Shown: positions 36,581-47,484, counted from the stretch's first letter. The stretch is 64,000 nucleotides of DNA from an uncultured bacterium (GCA_963813815.1 CAWFAD010000016.1:576001-640000); one strand, 5' to 3'. The notes: generated by a model from the sequence alone, not told the origin. A program made the numbers and translations.

Positions 36581-38758
36581 ATGCGTTCCCGCGTGCTCGT
36601 GATGGTGTCCGTGCTCGGCGGCGTGCTGCTCGCGGCCTCGTCCGCGCTTCTCGCCGACGAGGGAATGTGGCCGATCGACATGCTCGACAAGCTCCCGTGG
36701 GCGGAGCTCAAAGCGATGGGGCTCGCGCTCGAGCCGGATCAGATTTACGACGGGAAGGGGCACGGTCTCGCTCTCGCCGTCGTCGGTCTCGGGGGCGGCA
36801 CCGGATCGTTCGTGTCGCCGAACGGGCTCATTCTCACGAATCACCACGTCGCGTTCAGGGCGATCCAGCGCGCGAGCACGCCGGAGCACGACTACATCGC
36901 CGACGGCTTCTCCTCGGCGCTCGCCGAGGACGAGATTCAGGCCCCCGGCTACACCGCGTCGATCCTCGCCGGCATCGAAGACGTCACGAAGAAGGTGCTC
37001 TCCGCCCTGACCGACGGGATGAGCGATCGCGAGCGGTACGATGCGATAGAGCGGCGCGTCAAGGAGCTCGTCGCCGAGGCGGAGAAAGGGCGCGACGTCG
37101 AGTGCCGCATCGTTTCCTTCTACGAGGGGCTGCAGTACAAGCTCTTCACCAGCTTCGTCTGCAAGGACGTCCGCATCGTCTACGCTCCGCCGGAGGCGGT
37201 CGGCAACTACGGCGGAGACGTCGACAACTGGATGTGGCCGCGCCACACCGGCGATTTCGCGTTTCTGCGCGCGTATGTCGCCCCGAACGGCGCCTCGGCC
37301 GAATACGCCAAGGAGAACGTGCCGTACCGTTCGAACGTTTTTCTGCCGATGTCGACGCGGGGGGTCAAGGAAAACGATTTCACGATGATCATCGGATTCC
37401 CCGGCAAGACGGGGCGCCACGCGACCTCCCACGACGTGGCGAATCTTCAGAACTACCATTACCCGAAGCGGATCGCGATCTACCGGGATTGGCTCGCCAT
37501 CCTGCAGGACGAGGCCGGGCGCGGAAAGGACGTCGCGATCAAGGCGGCCTCGTTCGACCAAATGCTCAACAACTCGATGAAGAACAACGAGGGGATGCTC
37601 GAGGGGTTCAAAAAGGGCAATCTGCTCGAGAAGAAGATCGATACGGAGAAATCGTTCGCGACGTGGCTCGCCATGAATCCCGACATGCAGTCGAGGTACG
37701 GCGACGTCCTGCCCGGCATCGCCGCCCTCTACGAGGAGAAGAAGGCCTACCGGGAGAAGAGCATGCTCCTCGGTTTCATGAACATGGGCTGCCAGATGCT
37801 GAGCGCGGGCGGCACGCTCGATCGCTGGAGCGAGGAAAAGGCCAAGCCGGATCTCGATCGCGATCCCGGATTTCAGGAGCGCGACGTCCCTCGCATGAAG
37901 CAGCGTCTCCGGATACTCCAGATGAGCTACGATCCGGGGATCGATCGGCGCGTGCTGAAGTATTTTCTCACGCTCGCCGCGTCTCTTCCCGCGGACCAGC
38001 GGATCGCCGCGGTCGACGCCGTTCTCGGGGGAGCGACGGGGGCCGAGGCCTCGGCGAGGATCGACTCCTGGCTCGACCGGCTCTACGCGGGCACGAAACT
38101 CGGCTCGCCCGAGGAGAGGGCGCGTCTCTTTGAGCTCTCGCGCGAGGAACTTCTCGCGCAGGGAGACGCCTTCGTCGAATTCGCCGTGGCTCTCGGCGCC
38201 GAGAAACGCGCTCTCGAGGAGCGGGAGCACGGCGCCGCGGGTGCCTTGCAGCGCCTCGGCTCGCGCTATCTCGAAGCGGTCATGGCGTGGAAGGGCGGGG
38301 CGATCTGTCCCGACGCGAACGCCACGATGCGTCTCACCTACGGCCGGGTCAAGGGTTACCGGCCGCGCGACGCCGTGCAGTACCGCTACATCACTTCCCT
38401 CTCCGGCGTCGTCGAAAAGCACACCGGCGAGGATCCGTTCAATTGCCCCGCGCGGCTCCTCGAGCTCGCCGAGGCGATGGACTACGGCCAGTACGAGGAC
38501 GACGTCATCAAGGACGTGCCGGTCGCATACCTCAGCACCTGCGACATCACGGGGGGCAACTCGGGGAGCCCGGTCGTGAACGGGCGCGGCGAGTGCGTCG
38601 GCGCGGCCTTCGACGGCAATTACGAGAGCATTTCCTCCGATTATCTGTTCCTCAAGGAGACGACACGCTCGATCAACGTCGATGCGCGCTACATCCTGTT
38701 CATCCTCGATCGGATGAGTGGGGCCAAGAGGCTGCTCGGCGAGATGAAGATCCGCTGA
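36581..38758 (+). CDS. S46 family dipeptidyl peptidase (DPP7-like)
   Basis: Signal peptide then DEGMW; TNHHV; DNWMWPRHTGDF; DITGGNSGSPVVN; FDGN (Gly at S1 as in DPP7, not Arg as in DPP11). Confidence 0.93.
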   Translation: MRSRVLVMVSVLGGVLLAASSALLADEGMWPIDMLDKLPWAELKAMGLALEPDQIYDGKGHGLALAVVGLGGGTGSFVSPNGLILTNHHVAFRAIQRASTPEHDYIADGFSSALAEDEIQAPGYTASILAGIEDVTKKVLSALTDGMSDRERYDAIERRVKELVAEAEKGRDVECRIVSFYEGLQYKLFTSFVCKDVRIVYAPPEAVGNYGGDVDNWMWPRHTGDFAFLRAYVAPNGASAEYAKENVPYRSNVFLPMSTRGVKENDFTMIIGFPGKTGRHATSHDVANLQNYHYPKRIAIYRDWLAILQDEAGRGKDVAIKAASFDQMLNNSMKNNEGMLEGFKKGNLLEKKIDTEKSFATWLAMNPDMQSRYGDVLPGIAALYEEKKAYREKSMLLGFMNMGCQMLSAGGTLDRWSEEKAKPDLDRDPGFQERDVPRMKQRLRILQMSYDPGIDRRVLKYFLTLAASLPADQRIAAVDAVLGGATGAEASARIDSWLDRLYAGTKLGSPEERARLFELSREELLAQGDAFVEFAVALGAEKRALEEREHGAAGALQRLGSRYLEAVMAWKGGAICPDANATMRLTYGRVKGYRPRDAVQYRYITSLSGVVEKHTGEDPFNCPARLLELAEAMDYGQYEDDVIKDVPVAYLSTCDITGGNSGSPVVNGRGECVGAAFDGNYESISSDYLFLKETTRSINVDARYILFILDRMSGAKRLLGEMKIR

Positions 38759-38788
38759 TCGCGCGGCGGAAACCGCGGGCGATGAACG

Positions 38789-39664
38789 ATGGGTGAACTC
38801 TACGCGCTGCTCACGGCGGTCATGTGGGCCGCCGCAGTCATATTTTTGAAGCGTTCGGGCGAAACGATGCCGCCCTTCGCTCTCAATCTGTTCCGCATCG
38901 GCCTGTCGAGCGTCGCGCTCGTGATCACCGTCGTCGCGGCGGGGCAGGATCTGCTGTACCCGGCGCCGCTCGCCGATTATCTCACGCTCTTCGCGAGCGG
39001 CGTCATCGCCATCGCCGTCTCGGACACCTTTTTCCTCATGGCCCTCAACCGCATCGGCGCGGGCATCATGGCGATCGTCGACTGTCTCTACGCGCCGAGC
39101 GTCGTGTTCTTCGCCTTCTTCATGCTCGGGGAGCGTCTCGGTCCCTGGCAATACGCCGGCATGGGGCTCGTGATCCTCGGCGTCGTCATCGCCTCGAGAC
39201 ACGAGCCGCCGTCGGGCGCGACGGCCAAGCAGATCCTCGCCGGCGTGTTCTGGGGGATCTGCTCGATGGCGACGGTTGCGTTCGGCATCGTGCTCGCGAA
39301 GCCGGTGCTCGCCCGTTCCCCGATACTCTGGGCGACGACGATGCGCCAGATCGGAGCGCTCATCGTGATGCTGCCGACGGCGCTCGCGATGCGCAATCGG
39401 CGCGAGGTGTTCTCGCTCTTCGTGCCGCGGCGCGGATGGCGGTATTCGATACCCGGCACGCTGCTCGGCTCCTATCTCGCGCTCATTTTCTGGATCGGGG
39501 GAATGAAGTACTCCCTCGCGGGGATCGCGGCCATTCTCAACCAGACGAGCTCCGTCTACATCCTCATCTTCGCGTCGATCTTTCTCAAAGAGCCCTTTAC
39601 GGCGCGCAAGGTTGCCGCCTCCGTGCTCGCGATAGCCGGCATCGTCATGGTGACGCTCGGGTAG
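38789..39664 (+). CDS. DMT/EamA family transporter
   Basis: About 10 hydrophobic helices in two repeats; LGERL and FLKEP motifs. Confidence 0.9.
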   Translation: MGELYALLTAVMWAAAVIFLKRSGETMPPFALNLFRIGLSSVALVITVVAAGQDLLYPAPLADYLTLFASGVIAIAVSDTFFLMALNRIGAGIMAIVDCLYAPSVVFFAFFMLGERLGPWQYAGMGLVILGVVIASRHEPPSGATAKQILAGVFWGICSMATVAFGIVLAKPVLARSPILWATTMRQIGALIVMLPTALAMRNRREVFSLFVPRRGWRYSIPGTLLGSYLALIFWIGGMKYSLAGIAAILNQTSSVYILIFASIFLKEPFTARKVAASVLAIAGIVMVTLG

Positions 39665-39696
39665 GGGGAACGCCCGCGCGGGCGGAGGAGGAGGGG

Positions 39697-40815
39697 TTAC
39701 CGCGGTTTCGGCTCGAGGGCGCCGCCGGAGTCGACGCCGAGCTCGTCGAACACGACCCGGCATTCCTCCGTCGCGTCGCGCGAGAGGATCTCCTCGCGCC
39801 GGATCGCCTCGTCGCGCGAGAGAAGACCGTTGCGGACGAGGTGCGCCATCGTGAATCCGTCGCGCGTGACGCCCGTGTCGCGCAGGTGCTGCAGGTTGCC
39901 GAAGCAGTGAATCCGGCAGTCCATGCGCGATTCCTTGTCCGCGGGCGATTGCCACCCCACTTCCCGCTTGAGCGTTTCGATCATGGGGTACGGATCGTAC
40001 TCGATGTAATCGAAGAGACTGAGCGAGGCGACGCCCTTCCCCCCGTACGAGACCTCGAGGAAGGGGTTGAGAGCCCGCACTCCCTCCGGCGCCCCGGAGG
40101 CGAGATTGTCCCTCACGCCGTAGTAGAGGCAGCGCGCTCCGTGTCCGGCGCCGGCGATCGTGGCGCCGAAGCCTCGACGTCCCCGGGAGAGCGTCCGCAT
40201 GGCCTTTCCCGCCCGCCGGAACACGTTGCCGAACCGCCCGAAGGCCTGCCGGTGCGTCATGGCCCGCGCGCTCATGAGGTACGCGGCGCTGTCCTCGAAG
40301 TCCGTCGAGCCCCAGATGACGAACGGTATCCCGTGCCGCCGGCATTCGTTGATGACGAACGAGCGGATGTTGTTTTCGCAGTTGCCGCACAGGCGCACGA
40401 ACCGGCCGAGGCGTTTCGACGTCTCGAGGGCTTCCCGCACGAGGAGGCGGCGGAACGGGGTCGGAACGCCGATGACGAGCTCGACGCCGAGCGCCGCGCA
40501 TTCGCGCTCGACGTTCCATCGGGCGAAATCGTTGGTGAATCCGCTGTCCATGAAGAGCGCGAGCGGCCGGAGCCCGAGCTTCCGGACGGCGTAGTAGAGA
40601 ACGTAGCTCGAATCCTTGCCGCCGCTGATGGGAACGGCGCAGTCGTAGGAACCCGTCCGGGACGGCGGGAACAGGCGGCGGAGCGCTTCCTCGCCGAGGA
40701 CGTCGCGCGGCGCGCGCCCCGGCGAGCCCGCCGAACGGCAGAAGCCGCAGACGCCGTTCTCGAAGCCCGCGCCGGGAAAGGTGTCGGGAATGATGCATCG
40801 TGAGCACCGCTGCAT
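39697..40815 (-). CDS. N-acetyl-sugar amidotransferase-like PP-loop protein (WbuX/LPS-modification family)
   Basis: N-terminal CSRC..P.TFPG...GVCGFC; YDCAVPISGGKDSSY; CGNC; DCRIH; LVRNGLLSRDEA; alternative start at 40854 (ATGA overlap with GH97). Confidence 0.75.
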   Translation of the reverse strand: MQRCSRCIIPDTFPGAGFENGVCGFCRSAGSPGRAPRDVLGEEALRRLFPPSRTGSYDCAVPISGGKDSSYVLYYAVRKLGLRPLALFMDSGFTNDFARWNVERECAALGVELVIGVPTPFRRLLVREALETSKRLGRFVRLCGNCENNIRSFVINECRRHGIPFVIWGSTDFEDSAAYLMSARAMTHRQAFGRFGNVFRRAGKAMRTLSRGRRGFGATIAGAGHGARCLYYGVRDNLASGAPEGVRALNPFLEVSYGGKGVASLSLFDYIEYDPYPMIETLKREVGWQSPADKESRMDCRIHCFGNLQHLRDTGVTRDGFTMAHLVRNGLLSRDEAIRREEILSRDATEECRVVFDELGVDSGGALEPKPR

Positions 40816-40850
40816 GGCCGCCCCGTCCTTTCGAGGAAGAAGATCCTTCG

Positions 40851-42842
40851 TCATTTCACGCGCGCGAACCTGACGGCGCAGCCGCCCCCGGCGGCCAGAT
40901 CGACCGTGAGGCTGTCGGCGCCGGAGACGCGGTGCTCCGTGACGAGCACTTCCCCCGGATCGGCGCCCGCGTTCGGTCCGTCGGCGTACACGGTCGCCGC
41001 GAAGCGGTCCCGGCCGAGAAAAGCGAGGGGAAGAACGATGCGCCGAGGCGTGCCGTCCGTCATCGCGCCGACGTACCATTCCTTGCCGCGGCGCCGCGCG
41101 ACGGCGATATAGTCGGCGATCGCGCCGTCGATCACCTTCGTCTCGTCCCATGTCGTGGGGACCGACGCGATGAACTCGAACCCGGGCCGGTCGCGATACG
41201 CGCCCGGCCAGTCGCACACCATCTGGAGGGGGCTCTCGTACACCACGTACATGGCGAGCTGCTGGCAGCGCGTCGTCATGACCTTCGGCGAGGAAGAGTC
41301 GGGAACGAAGACGTCCGGTCGCACGTTGTCGAATCCGCCCGGGCCGTAATCCATCGGGCCCGCGAGCATGCGCGTGAAGGGGATCGTGACGTTGTGCTCG
41401 GGAGTCACCCAGTCGTGCCATTTGACGTGCTTGTTTCCGCCCACGCCTTCGCGGGTGAGAAGATTCGGCCACGTGCGCTGGAGCCCCGTTTCCTTGAACG
41501 CGCCGTGGAGGGAGACGACGAGACGGCTCCGGGCGGCCGCGTCCAGCGTCTTTTCACACCACTCGACCATTTCCTGATCGTCGCGGTTCAGATGGTCGAT
41601 TTTGACGCCGGCGGCGCCCCACCGCTCGTACACGGCGAAGATCGAATCGATCTGACGGTCGACGTTTTTCCAGTGAACCCAGAGAATGGCGCCGACGCCC
41701 CGCTCGCGCGCGTAGGAGAGGAGCTCGGGAAGCCGGAGCCGCGGATCGGGTTTCGTCGCGTCGAACGAATCGGGGTTCGCGATGACGGAATGCTCGGGGC
41801 CGTACCACGGCGGGTCGATCTCGACGTAGGGAATGCGGTTCTCCGCGGCGAAATCGACGTAGTATTTCTGATTCTCGAAGGTCATCCGGCTCGGAACGCC
41901 CGGCGCGTCGCTCCTGAAATCGGGCCACCAGGGAAAGAGCACGAGCCCGGGCTTGATGTAGTCGTCGTCGTCGACCTTGCTTCTGCGGGCGAGGCTCGTC
42001 ACGATCGCCGATTCGACGAGCGCTCCGGGGGTTTTGCCGAGCATGATGACGCGCCACGGCGTTCGGCGGGGGGAGTTCGCGCGGACGCAGATCCCGCTCG
42101 AGTCGGGAAGCGGGGAGAGTCTCGAGACGAGGGTATGGGCGCTTCCCCCGAGCGCGCCGAGCGACATCCCCGCGTACTCGGCGAGGTCCGCCTCGGTGAT
42201 CGCGAGCGTGATGCCGTCGTCGCGCTGAATGGTGAGCGGCACGGCGACGATCGATTCCGGACGGATGTCGTCGATCGAGATCTCGTCGTAGGGGCGGTCG
42301 AAGGCCGAAACCCACCGGTCGAGCCGTTGCGCCCAGCAGCGATGGTTGTCGGGGAAGCGGAAGGCGCTCCACTCGGCCACGAGCTCGAACGGCTTGAAGA
42401 GCTTCTGTTTGGGGATGACGTACCGGAACGCGACGCCGTCGTCGTACGCGCGGAGCACGAGGTCGAACCGCCGGTGCGGTTTGACCGTTTCCTTGAGCGA
42501 GACCGTGATCTCGTTGTAGCGATCGCGCGCCTTTTCACGTTTTCCGGCGACGAGGGTGTACTCGTCGTCCCCGCCGCGGCGATCGAACCCCGTGCGCTCG
42601 AGACCCTGAGCGAGCAGCCCGCCCTGTTTGAACTCGAGGCCGAGCGGGGCGTCGGCGATGATGGACGTTTTGCCGTAGCTCACCGAGTAGCGCGGCGTTC
42701 CGGCCTCGTCGAGCGCGAGCGAGATCTCGGTGACGTACCCGGGGGAGACGACGCGGATCGGCTTCTCGTACCGGCCGGTGTAGATGAGGAGGGGAATGAC
42801 GACGAACAGTATGATACCGGCGCCGATCCAAGCCTTCCGCAT
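40851..42842 (-). CDS. Glycoside hydrolase family 97, retaining-type
   Basis: N-terminal anchor; RAYDDGVAFRY, TPWRV, GVKIDH (Asp nucleophile type), RTWPNLLTREGV, PFTRMLAGPMDYGPG, VPTTWDET. Confidence 0.92.
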   Translation of the reverse strand: MRKAWIGAGIILFVVIPLLIYTGRYEKPIRVVSPGYVTEISLALDEAGTPRYSVSYGKTSIIADAPLGLEFKQGGLLAQGLERTGFDRRGGDDEYTLVAGKREKARDRYNEITVSLKETVKPHRRFDLVLRAYDDGVAFRYVIPKQKLFKPFELVAEWSAFRFPDNHRCWAQRLDRWVSAFDRPYDEISIDDIRPESIVAVPLTIQRDDGITLAITEADLAEYAGMSLGALGGSAHTLVSRLSPLPDSSGICVRANSPRRTPWRVIMLGKTPGALVESAIVTSLARRSKVDDDDYIKPGLVLFPWWPDFRSDAPGVPSRMTFENQKYYVDFAAENRIPYVEIDPPWYGPEHSVIANPDSFDATKPDPRLRLPELLSYARERGVGAILWVHWKNVDRQIDSIFAVYERWGAAGVKIDHLNRDDQEMVEWCEKTLDAAARSRLVVSLHGAFKETGLQRTWPNLLTREGVGGNKHVKWHDWVTPEHNVTIPFTRMLAGPMDYGPGGFDNVRPDVFVPDSSSPKVMTTRCQQLAMYVVYESPLQMVCDWPGAYRDRPGFEFIASVPTTWDETKVIDGAIADYIAVARRRGKEWYVGAMTDGTPRRIVLPLAFLGRDRFAATVYADGPNAGADPGEVLVTEHRVSGADSLTVDLAAGGGCAVRFARVK

Positions 42843-42984
42843 GAGAGCCTCCTTCGAGCCTTCGCCGAAACCGGACACGCGTCCCGCGCGCCCCTATTGT
42901 GCCCCATCCCCCGCGTCCTGCGCAATCCCTATTCCCGCGGCGAAGCGTTCGCCGCGGGCGCTTGCCGCAGGCATCGGTCGCGGT

Positions 42985-44658
42985 TCATCCTTCCGCGCGG
43001 CGCCGCGGGGCGAGCGCGCGAAACGCCTCGACGACGAGCCAGCCGCACAACACGAGCAGGATGATGCCGCAGGTTCCCGCGATGGCGACATCCGGTCTCG
43101 TCGCGGTTCCCGTCGCGATCGATTCGAGGAACGGAATGATCTGTAGCGCGAGCGACCAGAGCGTGAAGACCATCATGAAGATCATCGGCGCGACGGCGAA
43201 CCACGCGCGCCGGCCGGTTCGCACGAGATATACCGACACCGCGAGCAGCGTGAGGCTCGCGAGAAGCTGGTTGCTCGTTCCGAAGATCGGCCAGGCGACG
43301 AGATAGCCCTTCTCCTCCGTCGCCATGAGGAACGCGAGCGGCAGGAGGAGCGTGGCGAACGCCGCGAGCGCGGCCCCCCTCGCCGTCCGCCAGCCGAAGA
43401 GCTCCTGAAGGATGTAGCGCGCGAGACGGGTGCAGACGTCGAGCGTGTCGTAGACGAAGGTCGAAAACGCGAGCAGCGCGAATGACAGGGCGAGCCCCGG
43501 GTCGATCCCCAGCATCGCGAGATATCGCGAGAGCCCGCCGGCGTAGACGACGTTTGGGTCGGCCGCGAGCGCCGGATCGCCCTTGGGAAGCATCATCACC
43601 GTGGCGAGGGCGAGCACCGCGACGAGCCCTTCGAGGATCATCGACCCGTAGCCGACGACGCGGGTGTCCGACTCGCGGCAGATCTGCTTCGAGGTCGTGC
43701 CCGAGCTCACGATGCCGTGGAATCCCGAGCACGCCCCGCACGCGACGGTGATAAAGACGAGGGGAATGACGGGTTTTCCGTTTTCGAGGCTGAGAATCCC
43801 GTCGAGGTTGAGCGCGGGATACCGGATCGCGTAGCCGCCGAAGAGCGATCCGAAGAGGGCGACGGCCATCGTGAGATAGAGAAACCAGCCGCCGAGATAT
43901 CCGCGGGGCTGGAGGAGGAGCCACATCGGCAGGAGCGAGGCGATGAAACAGTACACGAGAAGCCCGGCTTCCCACGATTTGACCGGCACCGAGAGGAGCG
44001 CCCGCGAGACGGAGGGCGGCAGGAGCGTGCCGGCCCAGACGGCGAGCAGCACGAGTGGAACGAAGATCGCGGTCGCCGCGCCGAGGGAGAGCCTCGTTCT
44101 GCGCAGAACGATCCCCATGAGCATGCCGGCGCCGAGGTAGAGGATGGAGCTCGCCGCCACGCCGGGGCCGAAGGCTTGCGACGCGGTCGCCGTCTTGAAG
44201 GTCTGGGCCGTGATGTCGGTGAAGGCTATGATGACGTAGACGAGGGCGAACCAGACGAACACGAGGAAGAGAATCCAGCTCGTGCGCGACATGTACCGCT
44301 TGACGATCTCGCCGATCGAAGCGGCGCCGTGCCTCACGGAGGCGAACATGCTGGCGAAATCGTGCACGCCTCCGATGAAGATCGCGCCGAAGAGAATCCA
44401 GATGAGCGCGGGAAGCCAGCCGAACCAGATGCCCGCGAGGATGGGTCCCACGATGGGCCCCGCGGCGGCGATCGCCGAGAAGTGCTGCCCGAGCAGGAGC
44501 GGGGCCTTCGCCGGCACGAAATCGACGCCGTCGTTCGCCGCGCACGCCGGGGTCGGCCGCGAGTCGTCGATCCCGAGCCGCCGGGCGAGAAATCGCCCGT
44601 ACCAGACGTACCCGGCCCCGAGCAAAACCGTCGAGACGAGCACCACGGCTGATATCAT
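42985..44658 (-). CDS. cstA: Carbon starvation protein A (peptide/pyruvate transporter)
   Basis: DGVDFVP, GQHFSAIAAAGPIVGP, GGVHDF, LLQPRGY, ACGACSGFH, WPIFGTSNQLLA; RBS GGAGGA. Confidence 0.92.
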   Translation of the reverse strand: MISAVVLVSTVLLGAGYVWYGRFLARRLGIDDSRPTPACAANDGVDFVPAKAPLLLGQHFSAIAAAGPIVGPILAGIWFGWLPALIWILFGAIFIGGVHDFASMFASVRHGAASIGEIVKRYMSRTSWILFLVFVWFALVYVIIAFTDITAQTFKTATASQAFGPGVAASSILYLGAGMLMGIVLRRTRLSLGAATAIFVPLVLLAVWAGTLLPPSVSRALLSVPVKSWEAGLLVYCFIASLLPMWLLLQPRGYLGGWFLYLTMAVALFGSLFGGYAIRYPALNLDGILSLENGKPVIPLVFITVACGACSGFHGIVSSGTTSKQICRESDTRVVGYGSMILEGLVAVLALATVMMLPKGDPALAADPNVVYAGGLSRYLAMLGIDPGLALSFALLAFSTFVYDTLDVCTRLARYILQELFGWRTARGAALAAFATLLLPLAFLMATEEKGYLVAWPIFGTSNQLLASLTLLAVSVYLVRTGRRAWFAVAPMIFMMVFTLWSLALQIIPFLESIATGTATRPDVAIAGTCGIILLVLCGWLVVEAFRALAPRRRAEG

Positions 44659-44843
44659 GCGGCATCCTCCACGGCGCCGCGTTCGCGCGGCGGACGCCGC
44701 CCAGTAAACCATAGCGATGGCCGCCAGTCCAGCGGAGGTTTTCGCCGTCTTGACCGTGCCGGTCCCGTGCACTACGATGGCCTCGTGGCCGCCGGAACGT
44801 CGTCGCCGGCGGCGCGAGCGCGGGATTCCACGAGGGAGCGATC

Positions 44844-47399
44844 ATGATGCGTGAACGTCCATTCGGCGTCTTTCTGCTGGCGATTTCATTCCTGGTTTCG
44901 GCCGTCGCTCCGTCCCCGGCGCGGGCCGGGGGCGCGATCCCCATCGTCCGAGGGCTCGCGCTGCCCGTGCCGGAGTGGTACGCGGAGGTCGTCGTCGCTC
45001 CGAATCCCGTGGAGGCGGCGCTCGCGCTCGGTTCCTGGAAAGCGCCGGCCGCCGGGGAAACGGCCGGCTGGCCGCGGGGAGAAACGACGGCCTGGCGCGC
45101 CGTCGCGGCCGGCTCCGACGGGTGGTTCTCCGACAGCGTTCTCGCGGGATGCTATCTCCGCGCGGCCGTCGACGTCGAGCGCGCTTCGGTGATGATCCTC
45201 CGCGCGAAGGGGGACGAGATGGTCTACGTGAACGGCGTTCCGCGCGCCGGCAACCCGTACTGTCTTTCCGACGGGCGCGAGGCGTGGGAGACCGATTTCG
45301 ACTACTCGCTCCTGCCCGTGGATCTCAGAAAGGGGAGGAACGAGTTTCTCTTTCGCTGCGCCCGCGGAGCTCTCAAGGCGGAGCTCTACCCCCCGCCGAA
45401 GCCGGTGTTTCTGAACGGGCGCGACGCCACGCTCCCCGATTTCGTCGCGGGCGTCGCGATTCGAACCGACGGCGCGATCGTCGTGGTGAACGCCACGGCC
45501 AAACCGCTCCGCGATCTCGTCATCCGGACGAGGGTCGGGGCGGTGGGCGATCCGGTGGAAACGAGCGTGCCGCTCATCGAGAAGCTCACCGTTCGCAAGG
45601 TTCGCTTCGCTCTCGCCGGAGCCGCGCCGGGAGGCCCCGGGGCGATCGCGGTCGATATCGCGCTGTGCCGAAAGAGCGGGTCGGGCTTCGAGGAGCTCGA
45701 CAGCCTCTCGCGTGAGCTGCGCGTCGTCGACGCCGGAGCGAACCGGGCGGAGACCTTCGTGAGCTCCGTCGACGGGAGCGTGCAGTACTACGCCGTCAAT
45801 CCGGCGCGCGCTTCCGCGGGGGCCGGCCAGTCCGGCGGCGGCGATCCGAAGGCGCTCGTGCTCTCGCTCCACGGCGCCGCCGTCGAGGCGATCAACCAGT
45901 CGGCCTCGTACGAGCCGAAATCGTGGGCGCATATCGTCGCCCCGACGAACCGCCGGCCCTACGGGTTCAACTGGGAGGAGTGGGGGCGCCTCGACGCCAT
46001 GGAGGTGCTGGATCTCGTTCGAGAGCGCTACCGCGTCGACGAGGAGCGCGTCTATCTCACCGGTCATTCGATGGGGGGGCACGGGGTCTGGCATCTCGCT
46101 TCGCTGTTCCCCGACCGGTTCGCCGCGGCGGCGCCGAGCGCGGGCTGGATCTCCTTCTGGACCTACCGCTTTCGCGGGAAGAACCTCGCCGACACCTCGG
46201 CCGTTCGCCGCATGATCCGGCGCTCGACCTGCCCGAGCGAAACCTTTCTCCACGCGCCGAACCTCTCGCCGCTCGGTCTCTACATTCTGCACGGCGCCGC
46301 CGACGACAACGTCCCTCCGTCGGAGTCGCGGACCATGGTCGACTCGCTTCGCGGGATTCACGGCGATTTCGTGTATCACGAGGAACCCGGCGCCGGCCAC
46401 TGGTGGGACCTCTCGGACGAGCCGGGAGCCGACTGCGTCGACTGGCCCCCGATGTTCGATTTCTTCGCGCGGCACGCGCGTCCCGGAAAGGAGCGTGTTC
46501 GCGAGGTTCATTTCGCGACGTCGAATCCCGGCGTGTCGGCCCGCTGCAACTGGCTCGCGATCGATGCGCAGGTCGAGCAGCTCTCGATGAGCCGCGCCGA
46601 CGTTCGTTTCGATCCGGGCATGAACCGCCTCACGGGCGCGACCCGCAACGTCTCGAGGCTCGCGATCGATCTCGCCATGGCGCGCCCGGGCGAGCCGGTC
46701 TCGATAGCGCTCGACGGGCAGACGTTGCGCCATCCCGGGCGGGGCGGCGGGGAGGAGACGCTCTGGCTCTGGCTCGTGAACGGCAGGTGGTCGGTCGGCG
46801 GCGAGCCCTGGAACGAGCAGAAAGGCTCGCACCGTTACGGGACGTTCAAAGAGGCGTTCCGCAACCGCGTCGTTTTCGTGTACGGGACGAAGGGCAGCCG
46901 CGAGGAAAACGTCTGGGCCTACGGCAAGGCGCGCTACGACGCGGAGAAGCTCTGGTATCAGGGGAACGGCTCCGTCGAGGTCGTCTCCGACCGGGATTTC
47001 AAACCGGCCGCGGAGCCGGACCGAAGCGTCGTTCTCTACGGCAGCGCGTCCACGAACGCCGCGTGGAAGGCGCTTCTGGGGGATAGCCCCGTGCAGGTGC
47101 GCGCCGGCGCGGTCGAGTTCGGCGGCCGGGTGCTCGGCGGGAAGGATCTCTGCTGCGTCTTTGTCCGGCCCCGTTCCGGCAGCCGCACGGCGAGCGTGGC
47201 GGCCGTCGCGGGCACCGGGATAGCCGGAATGCGGATCGTGAACCGGCTGCCGTATCTGAGCCCCGGGGTGGGCCTCCCCGACTGCGTCGTGCTCGATCCG
47301 CGGGTCCTCACGCGGGGCGACTCCGGCGTCGTGCTCGCCGGATTTTTCGGAATCGACTGGAGCATCGACGGCGGCGAGTGGGCGGGAGCGGGGCGCTGA
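44844..47399 (+). CDS. Secreted alpha/beta-hydrolase (S9 peptidase/esterase-like), multidomain
   Basis: Signal peptide; LSLHGA; RVYLTGHSMGG nucleophile elbow; LHGAADDNVP; GHWW. Confidence 0.8.
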   Translation: MMRERPFGVFLLAISFLVSAVAPSPARAGGAIPIVRGLALPVPEWYAEVVVAPNPVEAALALGSWKAPAAGETAGWPRGETTAWRAVAAGSDGWFSDSVLAGCYLRAAVDVERASVMILRAKGDEMVYVNGVPRAGNPYCLSDGREAWETDFDYSLLPVDLRKGRNEFLFRCARGALKAELYPPPKPVFLNGRDATLPDFVAGVAIRTDGAIVVVNATAKPLRDLVIRTRVGAVGDPVETSVPLIEKLTVRKVRFALAGAAPGGPGAIAVDIALCRKSGSGFEELDSLSRELRVVDAGANRAETFVSSVDGSVQYYAVNPARASAGAGQSGGGDPKALVLSLHGAAVEAINQSASYEPKSWAHIVAPTNRRPYGFNWEEWGRLDAMEVLDLVRERYRVDEERVYLTGHSMGGHGVWHLASLFPDRFAAAAPSAGWISFWTYRFRGKNLADTSAVRRMIRRSTCPSETFLHAPNLSPLGLYILHGAADDNVPPSESRTMVDSLRGIHGDFVYHEEPGAGHWWDLSDEPGADCVDWPPMFDFFARHARPGKERVREVHFATSNPGVSARCNWLAIDAQVEQLSMSRADVRFDPGMNRLTGATRNVSRLAIDLAMARPGEPVSIALDGQTLRHPGRGGGEETLWLWLVNGRWSVGGEPWNEQKGSHRYGTFKEAFRNRVVFVYGTKGSREENVWAYGKARYDAEKLWYQGNGSVEVVSDRDFKPAAEPDRSVVLYGSASTNAAWKALLGDSPVQVRAGAVEFGGRVLGGKDLCCVFVRPRSGSRTASVAAVAGTGIAGMRIVNRLPYLSPGVGLPDCVVLDPRVLTRGDSGVVLAGFFGIDWSIDGGEWAGAGR

Positions 47400-47484
47400 G
47401 AGTTTTTCGTTTCCTTTCCCGCGGACCCGCCGTAACATGGGCCGCGACGAATCGGTTCCGCATCCACGACAGAGGAGGTTCTCC

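Noticed and set aside
36464..40807. Very long antisense or alternate-frame ORFs (36464..40807 -, also 1589..4975 -, 53467..57561 +, 44886..47504 -, 11551..13767 -)
   Set aside because: These are shadow ORFs of real genes in high-GC DNA: Arg/Ala/Pro-rich, without motifs, and overlapping well-supported genes.
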